From NCBI GenBank assembly GCA_964627755.1, contig CAZVIH010000022.1, positions 3,431 to 67,430 of the forward strand: a DNA stretch of 64,000 nucleotides, written 5' to 3'. The notes beneath the pieces were generated by a model. That model was given only the letters and a program-made list of their open reading frames with translations, was not told the origin of the DNA and ran no database searches. Position numbers and translations under genes: made by a program. The stretch's first letter is position 1; each line of letters opens with the position of its first letter. This document shows positions 14,193 through 26,577 of this stretch, piece by piece. The stretch is from an uncultured Anaerolineales bacterium (GTDB taxonomy: Bacteria > Chloroflexota > Anaerolineae > Anaerolineales > UBA11858).

Positions 14193-15140
14193 TCAGATGA
14201 TTGGTCTGGGTAATAAGGCGGCCTGAGACACGATATCCGCAACAAGTTCTTCCTGGCGGTAAGCCATGATATGGATCCCGGCAACACCTTCAATATCCCG
14301 GATCTGCTCTATCAATTCAATACAGATCTTTTCCCCCTCTTCCTGTTGTTTTTCTTTAGTGGTCTTTTTTAAGCGATTGACTATCTTGTCAGGAATGACC
14401 ACCCCGGGGACTTTTGAACGTAAAAATTCTGCCGCACCGGCTGATTTTAGCGGACCAATACCGGCCAGGATAAAAGCCTGTTTATCTAACCCTAAATCTC
14501 GTACCTGATGCATATATTCTCTGAACCGCGGAAGATCAAAACAATACTGGGTCTGGATGAATTGGGCTCCGGCGGCGATCTTTTTGGCTAGCCGTTGGGG
14601 CCGCCATTCATAAGGCGGTACAAAAGGATTGGCCGCGGCTCCCAGAAAGAAACAGGGCGGCGTAGTGATCTTGCGGCCGCTGAGGAATGTGGCCTGATCC
14701 CGCATGGTTCGGGCAGTACGCAAGAGCTGGATGGAATCGAAATCAAAGACACGCTTGGCTTCGGGTTGGTCCCCTGAGCTGACATCGTCGCCGGTCAAGC
14801 ATAACACGTTCAGCACGCCCATGGCGGCCGCCCCCAGTATATCTCCCTGGATGGCTATCCGGTTTCGATCTCTACATGTAACTTGATAGACAGGTTCATA
14901 CCCGGCTCTGGTTAAGAGAGCGCACATGGCTACGCTGGATATGTGGCAGTTGGCCCCGGAGGCGTCCACGGCATTGATACCATCACAAACTTCTGCCAGA
15001 ACCCCGGCAGCCCGGTAGACATCCTCGGGATCTGCGCTGTCAGGCGGGTTCAGCTCTGCGGTAACCGCAAAATGACCTGCTCTTAATATTTCTTCCAGAC
15101 GGCTGCAAGAGGGATTGAATTCTTTAGTCACGAGGTCCAT
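14193..15140 (-). CDS. metF: 5,10-methylenetetrahydrofolate reductase, MetF (acetogen/anaerobe type)
   Basis: Motifs FAVTAELNPPDS, INAVDASG, YQVTCRDRNRIAIQGDILGA, VLCLTGDD and GAQFIQTQYCFD. The gene ends in tandem stops TGA TGA. Confidence 0.85.
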   Translation of the reverse strand: MDLVTKEFNPSCSRLEEILRAGHFAVTAELNPPDSADPEDVYRAAGVLAEVCDGINAVDASGANCHISSVAMCALLTRAGYEPVYQVTCRDRNRIAIQGDILGAAAMGVLNVLCLTGDDVSSGDQPEAKRVFDFDSIQLLRTARTMRDQATFLSGRKITTPPCFFLGAAANPFVPPYEWRPQRLAKKIAAGAQFIQTQYCFDLPRFREYMHQVRDLGLDKQAFILAGIGPLKSAGAAEFLRSKVPGVVIPDKIVNRLKKTTKEKQQEEGEKICIELIEQIRDIEGVAGIHIMAYRQEELVADIVSQAALLPRPII

Positions 15141-15639
15141 CCTTGATGAAATTTACCGGGATGTCCTTGGTGTCTCCCCAACCCTTTGGTATTTTTGTGT
15201 CAATGCCATGGAACATATTGATCCAGGACGATGAGCCTTTAAGTTGATTGTTCATGGGGGGCTGCAGAGAAGCGAACTGATGTCCATATAAGGGCATTTT
15301 CAAAGATCGATGATAAGCTTCCACCCAAACACACACCATCTCGGGCTTTACTTCGCAATTTCCATTTGAGCGCACACCACCGCAAGGACCGTTTCTCAGG
15401 TGTTTAGGGCAGTTAAGGGGGCAGGTCATCCCGGTGCTGTGCAGGATACATTGACCGCACATTTTGCAATTGAAAACTGCACCCTTACCAAGCTTTTCGA
15501 CAGCGATCACCAGCGGTTCACTGAAACCACCGGGTTTGAACCACTTTTTCAGCGGTGATAATCCTTCTTCAAGGAGATCGTATAGGATTTCTAGGAAATG
15601 GGGAAATTGCTGCAGCCATCGAAACATAAACACACTCAA
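15124..15639 (-). CDS. metV: MetV-type MTHFR-associated Cys-rich subunit (MTHFR C-terminal-domain protein)
   Basis: Cys cluster CKMCGQCILHSTGMTCPLNCPKHLRNGPCGG. Overlaps metF by 17 nt, the typical metV-metF arrangement. Confidence 0.7.
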   Translation of the reverse strand: MSVFMFRWLQQFPHFLEILYDLLEEGLSPLKKWFKPGGFSEPLVIAVEKLGKGAVFNCKMCGQCILHSTGMTCPLNCPKHLRNGPCGGVRSNGNCEVKPEMVCVWVEAYHRSLKMPLYGHQFASLQPPMNNQLKGSSSWINMFHGIDTKIPKGWGDTKDIPVNFIKDGPRD

Positions 15640-15860
15640 CCTTTAAGAATGAATAAGAATCCCACAAACTGGATGGGGGATGCAAATCTGTTATTTTTTA
15701 TTTCTAACTATACCAGATGTTTTATGTGGTTGGACTGCCCCCATTAACCGGGAAAACTTTCTGGGTTGTTGCTGTTTTATGAATTTGTAGAAATTTTAAT
15801 ATTTTTTTAATTTTCTATTTATGTAGTTTTAACATTACTATCATATATTTTTACTAGACG

Positions 15861-15879
15861 ATTTACATCACTTGTAAAT
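15861..15879. promoter_or_regulatory. Inverted repeat just upstream of the hsp20 Shine-Dalgarno sequence (candidate operator or 5'-UTR hairpin)
   Basis: ATTTACA-TCACT-TGTAAAT, followed by AAAAGGAGG and the ATG at 15897. Confidence 0.2.
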
Positions 15880-15896
15880 AAAAGGAGGTACATGCT

Positions 15897-16334
15897 ATGT
15901 ATAGAAGAATGCGAATGCCAACACTATGGCGTGAAATGGATCAGCTCCAGCGGGAGATGAACCGCCTCATGGAATCATCTCTTCGCCCCGGCTCATTTTC
16001 GCCTGCAGGTTTTCCGGCAGTGAATATCTGGGCCAGTGAAGATCGACAAGTGGTAACTGCGGAGCTTCCCGGGTTGAAAGCTAGTGATATTGATATTAAC
16101 ATCACAGCTGACCAGCTGGTCCTAACTGGCACCAGGACCAAAGAGGAGATCAAGGGGGAGACCCAACTTCACAGGAATGAACGCAGTTTTGGAAAATTCA
16201 CCCGCTCCATACAGTTGCCATTCATGGTAGATACCAATCAAGTTGAAGCAACGATCAAAGATGGGATTCTGGAGATCTCTCTGGTTAGGGCCGAATCGGA
16301 TAAACCCAGGAAGATATCGGTAAAAACAGCCTGA
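15897..16334 (+). CDS. Hsp20/alpha-crystallin small heat-shock protein
   Basis: Alpha-crystallin domain motifs: PAVNIWASEDRQVVTAELPGL, ERSFGKFTRSIQLP, ATIKDGILEISL. Confidence 0.85.
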   Translation: MYRRMRMPTLWREMDQLQREMNRLMESSLRPGSFSPAGFPAVNIWASEDRQVVTAELPGLKASDIDINITADQLVLTGTRTKEEIKGETQLHRNERSFGKFTRSIQLPFMVDTNQVEATIKDGILEISLVRAESDKPRKISVKTA

Positions 16335-16368
16335 TTGGGTGTTATTGATCGATAAGGAGGATACGATT

Positions 16369-16782
16369 ATGACAAAAAAAGAACAGAAAGAGATACAGGT
16401 AACTGACCAGGAAATGGCAAAAGTGGAAGATCAAGAGCGCACCCGGGAGCGGAGGGTTTTCATTCCGAAAACTGATATATATGAGACCGAAAAGGCAATC
16501 GTTCTGATCGCTGATCTTCCCGGTGTAGATCCGGGGTCTGTGGATATTACTCTTGAAAAGAACATCCTCACCATTGATGGGTATGCCAACCTCGGAGAAC
16601 AGCCCGGATTATCTATCAACTACAGTGAGTACATGCCAGGCGATTTCCACAGGGAGTTCCGCCTGACAGAAGAGATTAACCGGGATAAGATTGAGGCCAG
16701 TGTTTCAAATGGTATTCTGAATTTGACTTTACCCAAGGCCGAAGAAGCTCAGGTGAAGAAGATACCGATAAAAACTGGTTAA
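16369..16782 (+). CDS. Hsp20/alpha-crystallin small heat-shock protein (second copy)
   Basis: ATG at 16369 with AAGGAGG 8 nt upstream. Motifs PKTDIYETEKAIVLIADLPGV, FHREFRL and ASVSNGILNLTLPK. Confidence 0.85.
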   Translation: MTKKEQKEIQVTDQEMAKVEDQERTRERRVFIPKTDIYETEKAIVLIADLPGVDPGSVDITLEKNILTIDGYANLGEQPGLSINYSEYMPGDFHREFRLTEEINRDKIEASVSNGILNLTLPKAEEAQVKKIPIKTG

Positions 16783-16793
16783 AAAGAGTACAA

Positions 16794-16825
16794 GGGCGCC
16801 CGAAATCAACGGGCGCTCTTTATTT
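16794..16825. terminator. Hairpin terminator between convergent hsp20 and ABC-2 operons
   Basis: GGGCGCCCG-AAATCAA-CGGGCGCTC followed by TTTATTT. Confidence 0.5.
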
Positions 16826-16837
16826 AACGTTACTGTA

Positions 16838-17953
16838 TTATCCCAGGTTTCGTATTTTTTTGGCTGCAAAGAAACTACCAAATAAGATCGCTATACCAGC
16901 AAAACCAGCCAGTTTTCCAAGCACAGAATAAAAATCTAATGGCCAGGTATGAAATAGTACCAGGTCGCGGATAGGATCTACAGCATATGTATTGGGGAAG
17001 AGCCAGGCAATCCAGGTGACAGCGTCCTGATTGGCTCGGACCATCGACAGACCTCCCCCGATAAAAAAGATGATCATTGCCCCCAGCACAGAACCTACTG
17101 CTCCGGCCATATAGTTCCTGGCGATCAACCCGATGGCCAAAGCTATCTGGATCCAGAATATCCCAACCAAACCAGTCAGAAGCCAGACTGCGGCGAGATA
17201 ACCCCCGGGCCAAAATCCCAACCAGAGCCGAATGATCACCAGAAATAGGGTTCCGGTGATCAGCCCAAACATAGTGGCCAATACAGTCTTTGGTACCAAT
17301 ACCCAGGCTAGTGAACGCGGGGAAAGGCCCATTTCTAGGATGATCTTGCCCATCTGAGCTTTATAGGTCAGGATGAACATGTTGAAGACTCCCCCTAATG
17401 TAACCGAAAGAAGCACGATCCCGATGGATATGATCGAGACCCAATCTACCATTTCCGGGAGAGGATATTGTTCGGCCCTTTCCAATGGCGGGCCAGGTAT
17501 ACCGATCTTTTGGTAAAAAGCCCAGATTATCTCGGCTGAGTAGATGCGGTGATTCTTGGCCCGGTCATCGTTATAGTTCATAAAATGCATTTCAATTTCT
17601 GGGTTTTTTCCGAGGCTGATCCTTTCAGAAAAATCTTCCGGGATGATCCAGATGCCTTCAATGCGGTATTCCTGGAAGGCTTTCCAGGCCTGGCTTTCTG
17701 ATAAGGGCCTGACCTCGTAATAGGGTTGATTATCCAGAGGTGAGATCACGCCATCAAAAGTATCAATCAGTGTTTGTCCGTATTGGCCCTGGTCATTATT
17801 GACCACTGCAATCGGGAAGGATAAACGACCGCCAAATAACAAGGCAAAAGCGATCAATATAAAGAGGCAGGGGATAATACCGCCCATGGCAGTGATGGGG
17901 TCGTGTCTCCAGACGTTAAACTCTGTTTTGAATAAAATCCATAAACGCCGCAT
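16838..17953 (-). CDS. ABC-2 type transporter permease
   Basis: N-terminal TM helix, a large extracytoplasmic loop, then five TM helices. Located in an operon with an ABC ATPase. Confidence 0.75.
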   Translation of the reverse strand: MRRLWILFKTEFNVWRHDPITAMGGIIPCLFILIAFALLFGGRLSFPIAVVNNDQGQYGQTLIDTFDGVISPLDNQPYYEVRPLSESQAWKAFQEYRIEGIWIIPEDFSERISLGKNPEIEMHFMNYNDDRAKNHRIYSAEIIWAFYQKIGIPGPPLERAEQYPLPEMVDWVSIISIGIVLLSVTLGGVFNMFILTYKAQMGKIILEMGLSPRSLAWVLVPKTVLATMFGLITGTLFLVIIRLWLGFWPGGYLAAVWLLTGLVGIFWIQIALAIGLIARNYMAGAVGSVLGAMIIFFIGGGLSMVRANQDAVTWIAWLFPNTYAVDPIRDLVLFHTWPLDFYSVLGKLAGFAGIAILFGSFFAAKKIRNLG

Positions 17954-17956
17954 AGG

Positions 17957-19021
17957 TCACCTTTCTTTTGCCAGCACCCGATCTTTATAAACAAGGATTA
18001 CTACAATTAGAAGGGTAATGGTGTACCCGGACAGCTGCAGTTTCGCTCCCAGGGGATGGGCTGCAACCTGTTTGCTGAAATAAAAGTAAGGAAATAACAT
18101 CTCTATTACCGGAGTGTTAGGGATCAATCGGCTGATTTTCTCGAAAAGAGGTGAAAACCCTGCCGCAAGTCCAAAACCGCTACCGATCAACCAGAATGCA
18201 AAAGCGCTGGCAAGGGCTATTAAAAATGATGGCAGGGAGCTTTGTGTGATCATTCCTGCGATCAGGCCAATACATGAGGCTATCAGAATGAGTGGCATCA
18301 GGATTGCGAGGACGGCTAGAAATGAGCTTGACCAGACTCCAGTGATCAGTCCCAAGGCCACATAAAGAATAACTACAGCTGTCAGGGCTGTGATCATCAG
18401 GCGGGTGAGTTTAGCAGTCAGGATCGCTAAGAAAGAGGTAGGGCTGAGCCGATAAGCCAGGATGGTGCCGCTCTCAAATTCCTGGGCCATGACATATCCA
18501 CCGATCATGGCTGCGGCCAAATACGCTGCCAGCGGGATCATGGCCATGCCAAAATATACCGTATAGGGAATATCATTCGGGAGCCAGGGGTATTCCTGAA
18601 CGGTTATGCCCTGATCTCCCAGTTCGTTATTCCAGAGGACCAGCAGGGCAGCGGTCAGGCGGTTGCGCAGGTTCTTGACCAGGTTGCTGTCAATATAGCC
18701 ATAACGCTGGAGCGCTGTTGGTTTTCCATCGACTTCAATGATCTCAATAACCTGACGGTGACCTGGGGATGCCTCCTCCACCAGGATGGGTTCTATATAA
18801 TCAGGGCCAATGGGTGATCCCACCTCTTTTGCAGCGGCTATAAAATCATTCCCGATCGCAGAAGCGGGATTCACGATCCTCATTTCGAAGGTGGGCACAA
18901 CCATGATTGTCGACATCAAAATATACATTAGCGTGGGCTGGATGATCGCTATCAGGTGCACAATTGGCGCTGTTAGGAAGAGTTTAAATTCGTTTTGAAG
19001 AAGCAGAAAAAATCTTCTCAT
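17957..19021 (-). CDS. ABC-2 type transporter permease (second subunit)
   Basis: Same topology as the neighbouring permease, with a 3-nt gap to it. Confidence 0.7.
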   Translation of the reverse strand: MRRFFLLLQNEFKLFLTAPIVHLIAIIQPTLMYILMSTIMVVPTFEMRIVNPASAIGNDFIAAAKEVGSPIGPDYIEPILVEEASPGHRQVIEIIEVDGKPTALQRYGYIDSNLVKNLRNRLTAALLVLWNNELGDQGITVQEYPWLPNDIPYTVYFGMAMIPLAAYLAAAMIGGYVMAQEFESGTILAYRLSPTSFLAILTAKLTRLMITALTAVVILYVALGLITGVWSSSFLAVLAILMPLILIASCIGLIAGMITQSSLPSFLIALASAFAFWLIGSGFGLAAGFSPLFEKISRLIPNTPVIEMLFPYFYFSKQVAAHPLGAKLQLSGYTITLLIVVILVYKDRVLAKER

Positions 19022-19024
19022 AGT

Positions 19025-19963
19025 TCACTCCCGCAGCGCCCGGCCAGTATGGAAGAGAAATACATCATCCAGGGAGGGGCGGGCGATCAGGATCGAGTTT
19101 AACTGATGATCGGCAGTGATGGTATTGATCAGGTCAGCAGTTTTAACATCGGCCCCTTGCATTTCAAAGCGGAGACCATCTGGCTCTGGGCGGGTCATAT
19201 GCTGGATTTCATACCCGGTAAAGAGTTTTTCCGGATTTCTTATAATTGGGGATGTGTGAATCGAAACCACATCATACTTCATTGCAGCCTTCAGGTTTTC
19301 CGGAGTGTCCAGAGCGATAGCTTTTCCGTGATCGATGATAGTTAATCTGTCACATAAGGTATCTGCTTCCACCATGTTGTTAGTGGAGATCACAAAGGTC
19401 TTTCCGGTTTCCCGCTGCTGTTGAATATGTTCCCAGAGGGCAAACCTACCCTGGACATCCACCCCCAGAGTGGGTTCGTCAAAGAAGATAACATCTGGGT
19501 CGTGAAGCAGCGCTCGAGCAAGGGCCAGGCGCCTCTTCATCCCTCCCGAGAAGGTTCTGACCGGGTCCTTTCTGCGCTGCCAGAGATTGGTGAAATTCAG
19601 CAGTTCTTCCATACGATCTTTGACAGAGCCTAAATCCGGGCAGTATAATGCAGCGTGATGCCAGAGATTGTCGATAGCACTTAGATCCTGGTACAGATTT
19701 GTTTCCTGGGGAACGTATCCCACCTTGTGATATACCTGCCGTGTCTGTGTGTTGATATCAAAATCCAACACCCGGATCTCCCCGTGGTGGGCTTTCAGTA
19801 AACCCAGGATCAGGTTGATGGTGGTGGTTTTTCCGGCGCCGTTTGGTCCCAATAATCCAAAAATCTCACCCTGTCCCACCATAAATGACAGATCATCCAC
19901 TGCAACCAAGCTGCCAAAATTGCGAGTGACGGATTTGACTTCAATTGCGTTTTCATGTGCCAT
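19025..19963 (-). CDS. ABC transporter ATP-binding protein
   Basis: Walker A is GLLGPNGAGKTT, the signature is SGGMKRRLALA, and Walker B is VIFFDEPT. Confidence 0.9.
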   Translation of the reverse strand: MAHENAIEVKSVTRNFGSLVAVDDLSFMVGQGEIFGLLGPNGAGKTTTINLILGLLKAHHGEIRVLDFDINTQTRQVYHKVGYVPQETNLYQDLSAIDNLWHHAALYCPDLGSVKDRMEELLNFTNLWQRRKDPVRTFSGGMKRRLALARALLHDPDVIFFDEPTLGVDVQGRFALWEHIQQQRETGKTFVISTNNMVEADTLCDRLTIIDHGKAIALDTPENLKAAMKYDVVSIHTSPIIRNPEKLFTGYEIQHMTRPEPDGLRFEMQGADVKTADLINTITADHQLNSILIARPSLDDVFLFHTGRALRE

Positions 19964-19966
19964 TTT

Positions 19967-20578
19967 TTACTCCTCAACCATAAGCGTGCCGCGTACAAAA
20001 AGATCAACAAACTGGCCCACAATTTCATCGGGAGTTACTTCTGGCTGGAGGCTGTCCAGAAGAAATCCCTGCAAGACGGTATAGGAAAAGAACATACCTA
20101 AAAAAGCCTGGGCTAAAAGTTCCGGATGCCCCTGCTGGATCTTTTTGTTTTCCATCAGGTTTTGGAAGTAGCGAGCCAGCATCTGGCGAAGCTGGCGAGG
20201 ATTTTCCGCTACAACCTCCCGGAATTCAGGGAAGTGCCCTGCCTCACAGATAGCCATCCGTATGGCATCATTCCTTTCTGTCATCACTGTTAACATCATT
20301 TTTCCGATCAACAGCAGATCTTGCCTGTAATCCCCGCTGAGGCGATTTTCCAGATTCCCCGCGATGGCCATTCCCCCGAACTGATTCATGATCTCCCTGG
20401 CCAGGTTTTCCTTGTTGCCAAAATGGCGGAAGATTGTAACTTCATTTACCCCAGCGGTTTTTGCAATGGCCCGGGTAGTGGTGCCAGAATAACCCTTGCT
20501 GGCAAATAAATCTGAGGCAGCCTGCATGATCCTGGTTCGGGTGTCCTTTGGAATTGAGTTAGTAGGTTTAGGTTTCAT
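19967..20578 (-). CDS. TetR/AcrR-family transcriptional regulator
   Basis: HTH region RIMQAASDLFASKGYSGTTTRAIAKTAGVNEVTIFRHFGNKENL. First gene of the exporter operon. Confidence 0.85.
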   Translation of the reverse strand: MKPKPTNSIPKDTRTRIMQAASDLFASKGYSGTTTRAIAKTAGVNEVTIFRHFGNKENLAREIMNQFGGMAIAGNLENRLSGDYRQDLLLIGKMMLTVMTERNDAIRMAICEAGHFPEFREVVAENPRQLRQMLARYFQNLMENKKIQQGHPELLAQAFLGMFFSYTVLQGFLLDSLQPEVTPDEIVGQFVDLFVRGTLMVEE

Positions 20579-20590
20579 GGGTCCCTGAGT

Positions 20591-20638
20591 GTAAGTAAGT
20601 ACTTGCTTGTATTATCCATATTTCAGATTGTTTGTCAA
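20591..20638 (-). promoter_or_regulatory. Candidate promoter plus palindromic operator of the tetR-ABC operon
   Basis: On the minus strand: TTGACA (20633-20638), 16 nt spacer, GATAAT (20611-20616). Immediately downstream is the imperfect palindrome GTAAGTAAGT|ACTTGCTTGT (20591-20610, core AAGTACTT). Confidence 0.4.
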
Positions 20639-20731
20639 GAATTTGGGTTGAAAATCGGACTCCGATCTGGATTGAAACGTTTCTATCACTTGTGTTACCA
20701 CTGAGGTAAGGATAGAATCACAAAATCATGA

Positions 20732-23902
<3,171 letters not shown>

Positions 23903-24114
23903 AAAAAGCCAGATTCTCTCGAAATCTAGCCCTTTGTATACTGCTTTCCTGTAAGATTCTCTTTATTGCCCCTGCCTTTAACTTAATTTCAAATCTGTAA
24001 CATGGACTAGGCTAACGTGTTACATATAATAAAATAATAACAGCCAAGGAATTTTTTTGTGATACTAAATAATGCCATTTTTGTGATCCTGGGGGCGGTT
24101 ATCTCCTTGTAGGA

Positions 24115-24681
24115 TTGAACTATGTGTTCAGGATCGTCAGCCTGTTGAGGGTGTATGGACTGGCCCGTCCCTGGATTGTGTTTTCAATATTAATTTCGTT
24201 TTTCCTCCTGGGATATGTTTTCACCGCCTTGCGCTTCCTCAATATCGATCTATTACCATCTGTAACATTAGAAGGATTAATAACGGCGATCTTCTTTTTC
24301 GGCGCTGTTTTTGTTATTACCATGGCAGTCCTAAGCCGCAATTTATTGGCAGATATTTTTGGAAAGGGCATTGACGACACCAAAGCCTTTTCAATATTTG
24401 CGGATCATGTGGGCATGCCGGCCCGCAAGGTGATGGCAATGACCCGTCCGGAGTATTCTGTTACCTGCGATATATGCGGGGGTGACGTGAAGTATTCAAT
24501 CCCGGATCTCGTCCGGTCCCATCCCCGGATCGATCGGGGTGTGGTTGTGGAACGAGCAATGGGGGGAACAAATTATAGGTTTTATGTTCGATATTATTGT
24601 GATAAGGAGTTGAGGGAGATTCCCGTTCGCCATGACAATCAGTTTGAATATCGATCGAACCGACTATCCCGTCCTGTATAA
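24115..24681 (+). CDS. Membrane protein (3 predicted TM) with Cys-containing soluble C-terminal domain, unknown function
   Basis: TTG start. TM helices in aa 20-90. The C-terminal region carries CDICGG...YYCDKE. The stop lies 7 nt before the GTPase start. Confidence 0.5.
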   Translation: MNYVFRIVSLLRVYGLARPWIVFSILISFFLLGYVFTALRFLNIDLLPSVTLEGLITAIFFFGAVFVITMAVLSRNLLADIFGKGIDDTKAFSIFADHVGMPARKVMAMTRPEYSVTCDICGGDVKYSIPDLVRSHPRIDRGVVVERAMGGTNYRFYVRYYCDKELREIPVRHDNQFEYRSNRLSRPV

Positions 24682-24688
24682 TGAAATT

Positions 24689-25327
24689 ATGTCAAATAAA
24701 ATTACTGGTTATGTGATGCTGGTTGGTAATGGAGCAGTAGGAAAAACCACTGTTACCAAGGTTCTGGCATTAACTAATGCTGGGGACAAACCCAATCAGG
24801 AGATTCTGAGTGGCATCCACAAAACCAATAATTTGGAATATGAGTTTATTACCACTCAACAACAGATCGGGAACAAGGATTACACCGTCACACTGCAGTT
24901 CCTTATCCCTCCAGGTCAGAAACGGGGTGATGGCGGTGCTGCAGGCCGGTCTTTTGAGGATGTCATTGATATATTCAGGCCGACCATCCACCGTTTGGAT
25001 GTGGTGCTTTTCACCTACGATATGACCAGCATGGCCAGTTTTCATGATCTGGTTTACTGGATTGACGGCGTAGGCGATTTACTGAATGATGCTTCCCATT
25101 TCATTCTGCTGGGCACTCATCTGGACAGGGAGAATGATCTGGAGATCACTCGGGGTGATATTGAAGAAGGACTGGAATATCTGGCAGGAGAGATGCGCGC
25201 CATGCGCCCCGGCTGGAAAGGGAATTTCGCCAGACTGGAAGTATCGAACTTAACGGGTGAAAATCTGGATGCACTGCTTTACTACCTGGCAGGCAGTGTG
25301 ATCAGCTCCAGAAATATAATCCCGTAA
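24689..25327 (+). CDS. Small Ras-superfamily GTPase, MglA/CvnD-like
   Basis: G1 is GNGAVGKT. G3 is IPPGQ, with no Asp (as in MglA TVPGQ and CvnD TPGQ). G4 is THLD (compare NKxD). G5-like is VSNL. ATG 24689 puts the P-loop at aa 13-20. An alternative ATG at 24632 overlaps the upstream gene. Confidence 0.7.
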   Translation: MSNKITGYVMLVGNGAVGKTTVTKVLALTNAGDKPNQEILSGIHKTNNLEYEFITTQQQIGNKDYTVTLQFLIPPGQKRGDGGAAGRSFEDVIDIFRPTIHRLDVVLFTYDMTSMASFHDLVYWIDGVGDLLNDASHFILLGTHLDRENDLEITRGDIEEGLEYLAGEMRAMRPGWKGNFARLEVSNLTGENLDALLYYLAGSVISSRNIIP

Positions 25328-25503
25328 GCTGGGTGGAATCCATTTACTGGATTTTTAGGACCTTTTTGAAGATATCCAGATAGGTCTTCTCGAGTTAAAT
25401 AAGATGAGACCACTGGGTAAGATTCCGATGGTTTTGCCTATCTAGATTAGGTCAAATTGAGAAGTATAAATGACCTGGTTTAATCATTGAAGGAAAATTA
25501 AAT

Positions 25504-26427
25504 ATGAGTGAGAACTGGACAGCAAATAATATTCCAGATTTATCTGGAAAAATAATTATCATCACCGGCGGAAACAGTGGAATCGGTTATGAAGCGGCCC
25601 GGGAATTCATCCGTAAAGGTGCGGAGGTGATTGTTGCCAGCAGGGATCCCATCAAAGCTAACCAGGCAATCTTGAATATCCAGCATGAAATTCCAGGGGC
25701 AAGGCTGAAATTCATCGAACTAAATCTGACCAGCCTAGATTCCATCCGAAAGTTCACTGAAGAATTCAAATCAGCTTATCCAAAATTAGACATTTTGCTG
25801 AATAATGCCGGAATCATGATGGTACCCTATAAAAAGACTGAAGAAGGCTTTGAACGCACCATAGGCACTAATCACCTGGGCCATTTTGCATTGACCGGTC
25901 TCTTGCTGGACAGACTTTCTGCAACGCCTGGTGCCAGAGTGGTTAACGTAGCAAGCAACGCTCATTACGGGGGAGAAATGGATTTTACTAATCTGCTATT
26001 TGAAAATGGGCATGAATATACTCCAATGAAAGCCTACAGCAGGTCCAAGCTGGCTAATTTGATCTTTACTTATGAACTGCAGCGGCGTTTTCAATCCAAC
26101 GGTTTGGATGTTATCGCTCTGGCTGCCCACCCTGGTATCTCGGCCACCAATCTGGCGAATCATTTATTCTTCGATCGGATTTCCTGGCTGATCCAGCCAC
26201 TAATGAGATTGATCTTCCAAAGCCCAGCTATGGGGGCTTTACCCAGCATAAGAGCGGCGGTTGATCCCGACGCGCGGGGCGGCCAATACTATGGCCCGAA
26301 CGGGAAGGGAGAAAGGTCGGGATATCCAATTGTTGTGGATTCGAATGCGGAATCCAAAGACGAAGAGACTGCCCGTAGGCTCTGGGAAATTTCGGAAGAA
26401 TTAACCGGAATACATTATTTGGATTAA
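25504..26427 (+). CDS. Short-chain dehydrogenase/reductase (classical SDR, retinol-dehydrogenase-like)
   Basis: Cofactor motif is TGGNSGIGYEA. NNAG is present. The catalytic motif is YSRSKLAN. Confidence 0.85.
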   Translation: MSENWTANNIPDLSGKIIIITGGNSGIGYEAAREFIRKGAEVIVASRDPIKANQAILNIQHEIPGARLKFIELNLTSLDSIRKFTEEFKSAYPKLDILLNNAGIMMVPYKKTEEGFERTIGTNHLGHFALTGLLLDRLSATPGARVVNVASNAHYGGEMDFTNLLFENGHEYTPMKAYSRSKLANLIFTYELQRRFQSNGLDVIALAAHPGISATNLANHLFFDRISWLIQPLMRLIFQSPAMGALPSIRAAVDPDARGGQYYGPNGKGERSGYPIVVDSNAESKDEETARRLWEISEELTGIHYLD

Positions 26428-26541
26428 GCCATCGACTGATATAGAGTGCAATAATCAGGGCTGTTTGTGGAACATCTATTTCAAAAAATTGAAATTTACT
26501 CGACCGCCGTCCAGGCAATAGCTAGATTGACGGATTAGGAC

Positions 26542-26577
26542 AAAAAACCATCCCTTACTTATCAGGGGATGGTTTTT
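26542..26577. terminator. Bidirectional terminator overlapping the 3' end of the AI-2E gene
   Basis: AAAAAACCATCCC-TTACTTATCAG-GGGATGGTTTTT. Confidence 0.55.

Noticed and set aside
24115-25327. The GTPase module as a Streptomyces-type conservon (CvnA-D) or an MglA/MglB pair.
   Set aside because: The histidine-kinase-like CvnA, Roadblock/LC7 (CvnB/MglB) and DUF742 (CvnC) genes are all absent from the neighbourhood.
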